A stretch of 51,801 bases of DNA, taken from the NCBI GenBank assembly GCA_035631795.1, contig DASQIB010000179.1, forward strand, positions 1 through 51,801. Direction: 5' to 3'. The notes under the pieces are model-generated. The model was not told the DNA's origin. It saw nothing but the letters and a program-made list of their open reading frames with translations, and made no database searches. The translations under genes were made by a program, and so were the position numbers. This document shows positions 43,381 through 50,801 of the stretch, piece after piece. The stretch's first letter is position 1, and each line of letters starts with the position of its first letter. The stretch is from Gemmatimonadales bacterium. GTDB lineage: Bacteria; Gemmatimonadota; Gemmatimonadetes; Gemmatimonadales; GWC2-71-9.

Positions 43381-44287
43381 ATGGCCTGGGGGAGTCTTCT
43401 TTGGAAACAGTGCGGGTGGTTGGTCGTCACGTCGCTCGCGGCGCTCGCTGGCTGCGCCGAAACGGCTTCAGCTCCCGTGTTGCCGCGCTGCGCGGAGAGT
43501 GTCGCCACGGCGATCACGCTCGCCGTCGGCGCGGACACGACGATCGACCTCGGCACCGACTCCGGGTGCGTGTCGTTGCCCCCCACCGGATTGAACACGA
43601 AGGGCGTCGAGTACCTCGTCGTCGCTCAGTCGGCGGGCGGTGTCCCCGGCGATAGCGCGCCTTTCGGGCTGCACGCGGAGTCGCTGCCATCCGCTTCGAC
43701 CGCATGTTACACCAGCAGGAGCGCTTGCGACGCGCGTTGGGCGGGGGCCACCTATCTCTCTGACCCGGGTGATCACTTCCTGCTGCAGACGAGCGATACC
43801 CATCATCGCGGACTTCGGGGCGGGTTGGCTGTACGCCCGGTACCTGGTGGATCAGTTCGGCGACTCGATCACCAACGAGCTGGAGCAGACGACGCTCGCG
43901 GGCACCGACAATGTCGCGGCGCAGACCGGGCTGCCCTTCATCACAACGGCGACCCGCTGGGCACTCGCGAACTGGGTCTCCGACCTCCCGGGCTTCGCGC
44001 CGCCCGCGGGCCTGTTCTACCGGTCGTGGTCGTTTCGGCAAGTGTTCGCGTCGTTCAACGCACAGGACCCCGTCGATTTTCCGGAACCGTTCCCGCTGAT
44101 GCCGCCCGTCGATGGCGAAGGCCAGGTCAACATCACGGGCTATTTGCATGGTGGGTCGGGGTTCTACGTCGACATCGTGGAAAGTCCCCAAAGCTCCGCA
44201 TTCGCCCTGGACTTTCGGGCCGTGGCGGGGGGGGGCCCGATCGCAACCTCGGTCGTGCCCCGGCTCGTCATCCTCCGGATTCGCTGA
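43381..44287 (+). pseudogene. Lipoprotein gene whose coding signal switches reading frame at least once (frameshifted gene, pseudogene or assembly indel)
   Basis: Frame of 43381 gives MAWGSLLWKQCGWLVVTSLAALAGC... (lipobox). From about 43800 the convincing coding frame is that of 43640 (IIADFGAGWLYARYLVDQFGDSITNELEQTTLAG...VVPRLVILRIR, stop at 44287). A third frame gives AAIRFDRMLHQQERLRRALGGG at about 43686..43748. Confidence 0.45.
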
Positions 44288-44295
44288 GCCGGCCC

Positions 44296-44320
44296 TCTCC
44301 CCCAGCGTCTCGGCGGGGGA
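44296..44320 (+). terminator. Hairpin CTCCCCC-(11 nt)-GGGGGAG after the disrupted lipoprotein gene
   Basis: 7-bp stem at 44296..44302 / 44314..44320. No clear U-tract. Confidence 0.3.
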
Positions 44321-44379
44321 GCGGCTGTCATATAGGTTCCCGTTCCGAGACACCAATTCCAGACATTCCCGAGCGCGCG

Positions 44380-44892
44380 ATGTCGCCCCCTCCCGAGGCC
44401 CTTGAGGTCGAGCTCGAGCGCCTGCACCCCGCGGCTTTCGGATGGGCGGTCGCGTGTTGTGGGAGCGACCGCTTGGCCGCGGAGGACGTGCTCCAGGCGA
44501 GCTACTTGAAGGTGCTGGACGGGCGCGCCCGGTTCGATGGTCGGTCGAGCTTTCGCACCTGGTTCTTTTCGGTGGTGCGCCGCACGGCGGCGGAGCATCG
44601 GCGCCGGAATGCGCTGTGGCGGATCTGGCCGCTGTCCCTGCTGGGAGCGGCAGCGGACGGGCGGCCCGATCCCGACGCGGCGGTCGTCCGCGCGGAAACG
44701 ACTCGCCGCTTGCTGGCGGCCCTCGGCCGGCTACCGCGCCGGCAGCGCGAGATGCTGTACCTGGTGTTCTATCAGGACCTGTCGATAGCCGAGGCCGCGG
44801 ACGTCGCGGGCATCTCGCTCGGCACGGCCCGCACCCATTACGAGCGCGGCAAGGCGGCGCTCAGGAAATGGCTGGACGGAGAACACGCATGA
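44380..44892 (+). CDS. ECF-type RNA polymerase sigma-70 factor (second in the window)
   Basis: AEDVLQASYLKVLDGRARFDGRSSFRTWFFSVVRRTA (region 2) and RQREMLYLVFYQDLSIAEAADVAGISLGTARTHYERGKAALR (region 4). It is the in-frame tail of track ORF 43381..44892. Confidence 0.85.
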   Translation: MSPPPEALEVELERLHPAAFGWAVACCGSDRLAAEDVLQASYLKVLDGRARFDGRSSFRTWFFSVVRRTAAEHRRRNALWRIWPLSLLGAAADGRPDPDAAVVRAETTRRLLAALGRLPRRQREMLYLVFYQDLSIAEAADVAGISLGTARTHYERGKAALRKWLDGEHA

Positions 44893-45224
44893 TCGACGGC
44901 GACGAGAACGGGCTTCGAGCACGATTCGCCGCCCTGGGGCGAGAGGAATCGGTGGGCGCTCCTGACTTCCGGCGGATGCTCGCCGCCGCTCGCACCCGTC
45001 CGCGCTCCGGCCGGCGCCACGTCCGCTTCGTGGCGGCGGCAGCGCTCGTCTTGGTCACGCTCGTCGCCATTCTGACGATGCGTCACGGGCATCGCACGCC
45101 GGTCGATCTCGCCGGCGTGCGGGTCCGTGTGCCGACTGACTTCTTGCTTCAGGTGCCCGGTGCCGAGCTGTTGCGCACGGTGCCGCGGCTTGGTGTGATG
45201 CGCTTCGATCGGAGGACTCTATGA
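44889..45224 (+). CDS. Single-pass membrane protein, putative anti-sigma factor
   Basis: ATGA overlap with the sigma gene. One TM helix FVAAAALVLVTLVAIL. The function is inferred from position. Confidence 0.55.
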   Translation: MIDGDENGLRARFAALGREESVGAPDFRRMLAAARTRPRSGRRHVRFVAAAALVLVTLVAILTMRHGHRTPVDLAGVRVRVPTDFLLQVPGAELLRTVPRLGVMRFDRRTL

Positions 45225-45664
45225 AGACGCTTTCCGCACTGGTGCTCGCGATGTTGGTCGGTGTGGCCGCGGTCGGGCAGCAACCGCCCGCTGGCCCGGG
45301 CGCGCCCCAGGACGATCCGTTGGCACGCGCGCTCTTCCCGCCTGAGCTCGTGATGCAGCACCAGCAGGACATCGCGCTGCGCGCCGAGCAGCGCGCCACC
45401 ATTACCAAGGCGATTCAGGATTTTCAGACCAAGATGGTCGATCTCCAATGGCGAATGCAGGACCAGGCCCAGCGGCTCGCGGCCCTGGTCGACAAGCCTG
45501 CGGTCGATCAGGCCGCGGCGCTCGCCCAGGTCGACGAAGTGCTCGGCGTCGAGCGGGAGGTCAAGCGGGCTCACCTGACCCTGCTCATCCAGATCAAGAA
45601 CACGCTGTCGGCCGAGCAACAGGCGAAGCTCGCGGCGGCGCGGGGAGCCGCGCCGCGATCCTGA
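45221..45664 (+). CDS. Periplasmic Spy/CpxP-like (LTxxQ-type) helical protein
   Basis: ATGA overlap with the upstream gene. Signal peptide MKTLSALVLAMLVGVAAVG. A helical, Gln/Ala-rich body with LSAEQQAKL (LTxxQ-like). Confidence 0.65.
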   Translation: MKTLSALVLAMLVGVAAVGQQPPAGPGAPQDDPLARALFPPELVMQHQQDIALRAEQRATITKAIQDFQTKMVDLQWRMQDQAQRLAALVDKPAVDQAAALAQVDEVLGVEREVKRAHLTLLIQIKNTLSAEQQAKLAAARGAAPRS

Positions 45665-45673
45665 GCGGGTGCT

Positions 45674-46651
45674 TTGCGCTGTAGCGAAAAGCAGGCCACT
45701 ATTGTCCGGGTGACCACCCGCCGATCTCACACCGCGGGGCCGTCGTCCCGTATCACGCCCCCCTCGGCCCCCCCCTCCCCCGCCCCCTCCCCGGCGGCAG
45801 CGGACCGCAAGCCGCGTGACGACGAGATCGACGTCTACGGGCTCACCCATCCCGGGAAAGTCCGGCGCACCAACCAGGATCACTTCCTGATCGGGTCGTT
45901 GCGCAAGCATATGCAGGTGCTGCTGACGAGCCTTCCGAGCATGAACGCGGCGACGGGGGATGTGGGTCGCCTGGCATTTCTCGCGATGGTAGCGGACGGG
46001 GTAGGCGGGACAGGAGGAGGAGAGGAGGCAAGCCGGCTCGCCGTCGAAGCGATCACCGAGTATGTGACGCATGCCGCCCACTGCTACTACTTGTCCGATC
46101 CAGCCGATGAGCAAACGTTCGCGCGGGAGCTGGAAGCCGCCGCGATTCAGGTCCACACCGACATCCTGCAACGCCGGGCGGCCGACCCGGACCTCGAGCG
46201 CATGGCCACCACGCTCACGATGTGGATCGGGGTGTGGCCCCGCTTTTACATCCTCCAGGTGGGTGATAGCCGCTGCTATCTGCTGCGCGATGGTCGGCTG
46301 ATCCAGCTGTCGCGCGATCAGACGCTGGCGCAGGATCTGGTGGATCGCGGGGTATTCCGGAGGAGTGAAGCGGTGCGCACGCCGCTGGCTAACGTGCTCT
46401 CGAGCGCGTTGGGCGGGCCGGAGTCGGCGCCGGTCGTCACCTCCATGCTGAACGACTGGAACAACGTCGGACTCCTGTGCTCGGACGGGCTCACCAAGCA
46501 CGTGCCCGACGAGCGCATCCGCGAGCGGCTCCGCTCGATGACCTCGGCGAAGAGCGCCTGCGAGAATCTGCTGCAGGACGCGCTCGATGCCGGCGGCACC
46601 GACAACATCACCGTGATCGTGGGACGGATGGTGCGTAAGGACGTCGCTTGA
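45674..46651 (+). CDS. PP2C-family serine/threonine phosphatase with a Pro-rich N-terminal extension
   Basis: GLTHPGKVRRTNQDHF, MVADGVGG, LQVGDSRCYL, LCSDGLT and GGTDNITVIV. The start is uncertain (TTG 45674 or GTG 45710), and no start codon lies after the Pro-rich tract. Confidence 0.85.
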   Translation: MRCSEKQATIVRVTTRRSHTAGPSSRITPPSAPPSPAPSPAAADRKPRDDEIDVYGLTHPGKVRRTNQDHFLIGSLRKHMQVLLTSLPSMNAATGDVGRLAFLAMVADGVGGTGGGEEASRLAVEAITEYVTHAAHCYYLSDPADEQTFARELEAAAIQVHTDILQRRAADPDLERMATTLTMWIGVWPRFYILQVGDSRCYLLRDGRLIQLSRDQTLAQDLVDRGVFRRSEAVRTPLANVLSSALGGPESAPVVTSMLNDWNNVGLLCSDGLTKHVPDERIRERLRSMTSAKSACENLLQDALDAGGTDNITVIVGRMVRKDVA

Positions 46652-48399
46652 AGAAGGTCTTGCTCCTCGCGCTCTGGACGGGAGCCGCGCCCGTTCCCGC
46701 AGCCTCGCAGGACGCGCAGTGGACCATGCCCGCCAAAGACTACAGCGCCACCCGCTACAGTGGCTTGGCGCAGATTACGGCGGCCAACGCCGGTCGCCTG
46801 CGACCCGTGTGGACGTTTTCCACGGGCGTCCTGGGTGGTCACGAGGGGCAACCGTTGGTCGTGGGCCACACGATGTACGTCGTCACGCCGTATCCCAACG
46901 TGCTGTACGCGTTCGACCTCACGCGGGACGGCTACCCGCTCAAATGGAAGTATCGTCCCAACGTCGATCCCAACGCCGTCGGGATCGCCTGCTGCGATGC
47001 GATCAATCGCGGGGCGTTCTACGCGAACGGCAAGGTGGTCTACAATCTGCTCGATGGTCGCACCGTCGCGATCGACGCGGCGAGCGGCCAGGAGCTGTGG
47101 CAGACCAGGATCGCCGACCTGGCACAGGGCGAGACCACGCCCGTAGCGGCATTTGTCGTGAAGAACCGCGTGATCGTCGGCGCGTCGGGCGGGGAATTCG
47201 GCATCCACGGCTGGGTGAAGGGGTTGGATCTCGCGACCGGTCGTATCGCCTGGACCGCCTACAACGTCGGTCCGGACTCCCAGGTGCTCGCCAAGCCCGG
47301 CACCTTCCGGCCGTTCTACGACAAGGGGGCAGACCTGGCCCTCACCACGTGGCCGGCGGACGTCTGGCGGCGGGGCGGCGGGCCGGTGTGGGGCTGGATG
47401 TCCTACGATCCCGCGCTCGATCTCGTGTACTACGGCGTGGGGAATCCGGGTCCGTACAATCCGGATCAGCGTGCGGGGGACAACAAGTGGACGGCGAGCG
47501 TCCTGGCGCGCCGCCCGGAGGACGGGACGCTGGTGTGGGCGTATCAGTTCACGCCGCACGACAGCTGGGATTACGACGCGAACGGCGAGATGATCCTCGT
47601 CGACCTGACCATCAACGGGCGGCGCCGCAAGGCGCTCGTGCATTTCGACAAGAACGGCTTCGCGTACACGCTCGACCGGGCCACGGGCGAAGTGCTCTCG
47701 GCCGAGCCGTTCGTCGAGGCGAACTGGGCGCGGCGCATAGATCTGGTCACCGGCCGGCCGGTGCTCGACTCGACCAAGCTCACCGGGGCCTCGCGCGGCA
47801 ACGTCACGCACATCTGTCCCACGCTCGAGGGCGGCAAGACTCCCGCCGCGCCCGCGGCCTATTCCGCGCGCACCGGCCTGTTCTACGTCTCGACCAACAA
47901 CATGTGCATGGACTATCTCGCGGCCCAGGCGACCTATATCGCCGGTACGCCCTTCATCGGTGCCACGACGCCGTATCATGCGGCGGCGGGCGGGGGCGGG
48001 AATCTGGGCGCGTTCATCGCGTGGGACGCCGTGCGCGGCCGCCGAGTGTGGGAGATCAAAGAGCGCTATCCCGTGTGGAGCGGCGTGCTCGCGACGGGGG
48101 GCGACGTGGTGTTCTACGGTACGCTCGATGGCTGGTTCAAGGCGGTGGATGCGAAGACCGGGCGCGTGCTCTGGCGATTCAAGGTGGGCTCGGGCGTGGT
48201 CGGCAATCCGATCAGCTTCACCGGTGCGGACGGAAAGCAGTACGTGGCGGTATACGCGGGGATCGGTGGCGATTGGTTCCTCCTGGCGGGCGACGTCCGC
48301 TCGGACGATCCCGCGGACGTGCGGCCGCCGGCGGACTTCTCGCCCGACCTCGCGCGCCATACCAGCCAGGGCGGCATCGTATGGCTGTTCGGTCTGTGA
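46648..48399 (+). CDS. xoxF: PQQ-dependent methanol/ethanol-family dehydrogenase, XoxF-like (lanthanide-type Asp present)
   Basis: Signal peptide. Vicinal Cys pair IACCDAINRG (46990..46995). Propeller W-motifs. HDSWDYDANGE has the extra Asp in WDYD (47569..47577) that marks Ln-dependent enzymes. TTG start overlaps the PP2C stop (TTGA). Confidence 0.85.
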   Translation: MKKVLLLALWTGAAPVPAASQDAQWTMPAKDYSATRYSGLAQITAANAGRLRPVWTFSTGVLGGHEGQPLVVGHTMYVVTPYPNVLYAFDLTRDGYPLKWKYRPNVDPNAVGIACCDAINRGAFYANGKVVYNLLDGRTVAIDAASGQELWQTRIADLAQGETTPVAAFVVKNRVIVGASGGEFGIHGWVKGLDLATGRIAWTAYNVGPDSQVLAKPGTFRPFYDKGADLALTTWPADVWRRGGGPVWGWMSYDPALDLVYYGVGNPGPYNPDQRAGDNKWTASVLARRPEDGTLVWAYQFTPHDSWDYDANGEMILVDLTINGRRRKALVHFDKNGFAYTLDRATGEVLSAEPFVEANWARRIDLVTGRPVLDSTKLTGASRGNVTHICPTLEGGKTPAAPAAYSARTGLFYVSTNNMCMDYLAAQATYIAGTPFIGATTPYHAAAGGGGNLGAFIAWDAVRGRRVWEIKERYPVWSGVLATGGDVVFYGTLDGWFKAVDAKTGRVLWRFKVGSGVVGNPISFTGADGKQYVAVYAGIGGDWFLLAGDVRSDDPADVRPPADFSPDLARHTSQGGIVWLFGL

Positions 48400-48842
48400 G
48401 ATCGCTCGTCGCCGGGCTCGCGCTGATCATCGCCTGCCGTGGGGGGGGGCCAGCCGCGGCGCCACCGGCAGTGACGTACGAGCAGCATGTGTTCGCGGGC
48501 GGTGCCGCGCCGGCGGGCGCGACCCTCCGGAACCCATACCGGAGCGATCGCGCCTCAGCGGCGCAGGGCGAAGTGATCTTCAGCGCGATGAATTGCGACG
48601 GCTGTCATGGAGGTGGAGGGGCCGGGTGGGTCGGGCCGAGCCTGGCGGACGGGCGCTGGCGCTTCGGCGGCTCAGACGGCGCGATCTATCAGTCCATCTA
48701 TTATGGCCGGCCGCACGGCATGCCGGCGTACGGTGGCTTGCTGCTTTCGTCGGACGCGGTCTGGAAGCTCGTGACGTATCTGCAGTCGCTCGCGCCCCCG
48801 GCGGACCTGCCCACGGAGGCCTGGGATACGACCGGGCGCTAA
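48396..48842 (+). CDS. Mono-haem c-type cytochrome (XoxG-like position)
   Basis: The GTG overlaps the xoxF stop (GTGA). Lipobox-like LALIIAC. CxxCH in MNCDGCHGGG and a downstream Met ligand region GRPHGMPAYG. Confidence 0.78.
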   Translation: MRSLVAGLALIIACRGGGPAAAPPAVTYEQHVFAGGAAPAGATLRNPYRSDRASAAQGEVIFSAMNCDGCHGGGGAGWVGPSLADGRWRFGGSDGAIYQSIYYGRPHGMPAYGGLLLSSDAVWKLVTYLQSLAPPADLPTEAWDTTGR

Positions 48843-49324
48843 TTGGCCTTGAGCACGTCTTCGATGAAGCTCAGGGCCTTGGTCTCCACCCACTCCGTCG
48901 TCACCCCTTCGACCTTCATCGTTCCCAGCCGGTCGGTGCTGGTGGAGACCACGCGTCCCTTGGTGGTGGGCACGCGCACGTCGCGGGCCACCGCGATCCC
49001 GCGGCGCGGGTCGCACTTGAACGCGAGCATGGACGCGAGCGCCGTCCCGGCGGACGTGCGGGGTGTGAAGGAGAGCGACACGCTCGGGTAGGCGTCCGCC
49101 GTGTCGGTGTGGTCTTCGACGGATGCCTGGTGCCCGGAGTTGCGTAGCTCGATGGCAAAGGTCTGCAGGACAGCGCGCACGACGGTTTGCAGCCGGCCGC
49201 CGCAGGCCCGGCGGCGCCGCTCGCCCTCGTCAGGCGTCGACTTGCCTGCGCCCTGAGCCTTGGCGAAGCGCTCGTCGTAGGTCTTGAGCAACGACCGCAG
49301 CTTCTCGAGCGTCTTGTCGGCCAT
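48839..49324 (-). CDS. Hypothetical protein (161 aa), last gene of a regulator operon
   Basis: Coding-like composition. It starts 2 nt after the response-regulator stop. I recognise no motif. Confidence 0.6.
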   Translation of the reverse strand: MADKTLEKLRSLLKTYDERFAKAQGAGKSTPDEGERRRRACGGRLQTVVRAVLQTFAIELRNSGHQASVEDHTDTADAYPSVSLSFTPRTSAGTALASMLAFKCDPRRGIAVARDVRVPTTKGRVVSTSTDRLGTMKVEGVTTEWVETKALSFIEDVLKAN

Positions 49325-49326
49325 TC

Positions 49327-49728
49327 CTACGCGTTGCCGCGCTCGCGGCTCGGCACTTCCAGCACGGTGCGCAGCCAGTCGCTGATCTCACGGAGATCGA
49401 ACGGCTTGCGCAGAACCTTGCAGGGGTTGCGCTCGACCCACGCCCGCACGTTCTCCGCGTCGGCGTCACCGGTCATGATCGCGATGCGGCCGACGAGCGC
49501 CGGCGACCGGTGGATCAACGCGAGGTACAATGCGAGGCCGGACATGGTCGGGAGCCGCACGTCGAGGAGCGCGGCGTCGGCGCGCTCGGTGGCGAGCAGG
49601 TCGTAGGCGGTCTCCGCGCTGGCGGCGCTCAGCACGCGGTGCCCGTCGCGGGCGAGCGCGCGCTCGAGCACGCGGCGGAGTGCGGCCTCGTCCTCGACGA
49701 TCAGGATGGTGAAGGGCTGCGCGCTCAC
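49327..49728 (-). CDS. CheY-like single-domain response regulator
   Basis: ILIVEDE, AALLDVRLPTMSG (phospho-Asp), IAIMTGD and VLRKPF (Lys). GTG start overlaps the upstream stop (GTGA). Confidence 0.85.
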   Translation of the reverse strand: MSAQPFTILIVEDEAALRRVLERALARDGHRVLSAASAETAYDLLATERADAALLDVRLPTMSGLALYLALIHRSPALVGRIAIMTGDADAENVRAWVERNPCKVLRKPFDLREISDWLRTVLEVPSRERGNA

Positions 49729-50522
49729 GACGCGGTGGCGTGTGCGCGCCGCACCGGCAGGAAGCCCTGCGCGACGCGCTCAAGCGCTTCCGCGGGCTCG
49801 AGCGTGATCCGCATCTCCCCCGCCGTCAGGCCCAGGTACGAGCGCGCGTGCAGCTGCAGGGTCTTGGTCTGGGCGTACCCCAGGCGTTGCGCGACGTCCT
49901 CGATGGTAAACCCCGGGTCCTGCAGCAGCCGGTGGGCGTACAGGACGCGAGCCACCGCGAGGAAGTGCCGGGGGGAGGGCAGGCCCAGTCGCGCGAACCA
50001 GCGCTCGAACGTGCGGCGGTCCACCCGGGCGCGCGCCGCCACCTGCTGCACCGTCTGGAGCTCCGCCGGGGAGCGTAGCACTTCCTCGAGGACCCAGCGC
50101 AGCTCGCTCGGGAGGGGCGCCAGGATGGCAGCGACCTGATCGAGCAGTTGCCGCGAGGTGGACCGGGCCTCTTCCTGCGCCAGGAGCTCGCGCAGGCGGC
50201 TGGGGTGATCGTCGTGGCGGAAGATGATCACCTCGCGGATCCCGGCGTGGCCGAGCGCAAGGAGGGCGCTGGCGGTGGCGGGCGAAAGGCTCGTGTACAG
50301 GAGGAGCGGCAGGGAGGGGAACAGGCGCCGCAGCCGCTCGATCTCCTGAGCGCTGGCCGTTCCCGAGAGCAATGGGTCGACGACGGCCAACTCGACGGGG
50401 CGGGCCCGGATAGCCGTCAGCGCCTCGTCCCAGGTACGGGCATGGACCACGGGGAACCGTGCCGCAATGGCACGGCGCAGCTTATGGTGTTGGACCTCGG
50501 GGACAGCCGCTAGAACGAGCAT
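49725..50522 (-). CDS. AraC-type HTH regulator with an N-terminal receiver-like domain
   Basis: The C-terminus LQTVQQVAARARVDRRTFERWFARLGLPSPRHFLAVARVLYAHRLLQDPGFTIEDVAQRLGYAQTKTLQLHARSYLGLTAGEMR is an AraC double HTH. The N-terminus has a flavodoxin-like pattern (LAVVDPLL, LLLYTS). Confidence 0.8.
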   Translation of the reverse strand: MLVLAAVPEVQHHKLRRAIAARFPVVHARTWDEALTAIRARPVELAVVDPLLSGTASAQEIERLRRLFPSLPLLLYTSLSPATASALLALGHAGIREVIIFRHDDHPSRLRELLAQEEARSTSRQLLDQVAAILAPLPSELRWVLEEVLRSPAELQTVQQVAARARVDRRTFERWFARLGLPSPRHFLAVARVLYAHRLLQDPGFTIEDVAQRLGYAQTKTLQLHARSYLGLTAGEMRITLEPAEALERVAQGFLPVRRAHATAS

Positions 50523-50526
50523 AAGT

Positions 50527-50562
50527 GTCGCAAAAACGCCCCCCGATGTCGCGAAAACGCCC
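50527..50562. promoter_or_regulatory. Two 15-bp direct repeats GTCGC(A/G)AAAACGCCC spaced 21 bp start-to-start
   Basis: Repeats at 50527..50541 and 50548..50562 are 14/15 identical. They begin 5 nt upstream of the AraC-like gene start (50522), in the divergent region shared with the small ORF. Confidence 0.4.
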
Positions 50563-50642
50563 TAAACAACCCCTTTCGCTCGGACGAGCTTAGCTGCGCT
50601 GCAAGCGGCCACTCGTCTCCTCACACCTTCGCGGAGGTTTGC

Positions 50643-50774
50643 ATGTCGCGCACAATTCGCACTCTCATCGCGTTGCTCGTCGTGTCGTTCGCGCTCGGCG
50701 CCACGGCGTGTGCCGACGCTACGGGCCCGCAGCCGCATGGTTGCGACTGGAACAGCAGCAACACGTGCCACTGA
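50643..50774 (+). CDS. Small secreted or lipoprotein-like Cys-rich peptide (43 codons; below the track's length cut-off)
   Basis: GGAGG at 50633..50637 lies 5 nt before the ATG. The product is MSRTIRTLIALLVVSFALGATAC|ADATGPQPHGCDWNSSNTCH, with a charged n-region, a hydrophobic core, a Cys after the ATA, and a short tail carrying two further Cys. Confidence 0.5.
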   Translation: MSRTIRTLIALLVVSFALGATACADATGPQPHGCDWNSSNTCH

Positions 50775-50801
50775 GGCGTTGCAACCCGCCTTACCTATAC
50801 A

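Noticed and set aside
43381-44892. Single 503-aa fusion protein (lipoprotein plus ECF sigma)
   Set aside because: The middle third is Arg/Gly-rich nonsense, while a different frame reads as good protein. The sigma factor has its own ATG at 44380. The long ORF exists only because stop codons are rare in this GC-rich frame.
46318-48360. 680-aa ORF antisense to xoxF
   Set aside because: It has the same shadow-ORF character. The plus-strand product has unambiguous PQQ-dehydrogenase motifs.
48441-48449. G9 homopolymer as a phase-variation switch in the cytochrome c gene (similar C8 runs at 21104..21111 and 42859..42866)
   Set aside because: All are in frame and encode Gly or Pro runs in signal-peptide or linker regions of intact genes. 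Such runs are expected at this G+C content, and nothing suggests on/off switching. Only the G9 inside the already disrupted gene (44227..44235) is mentioned in the findings.
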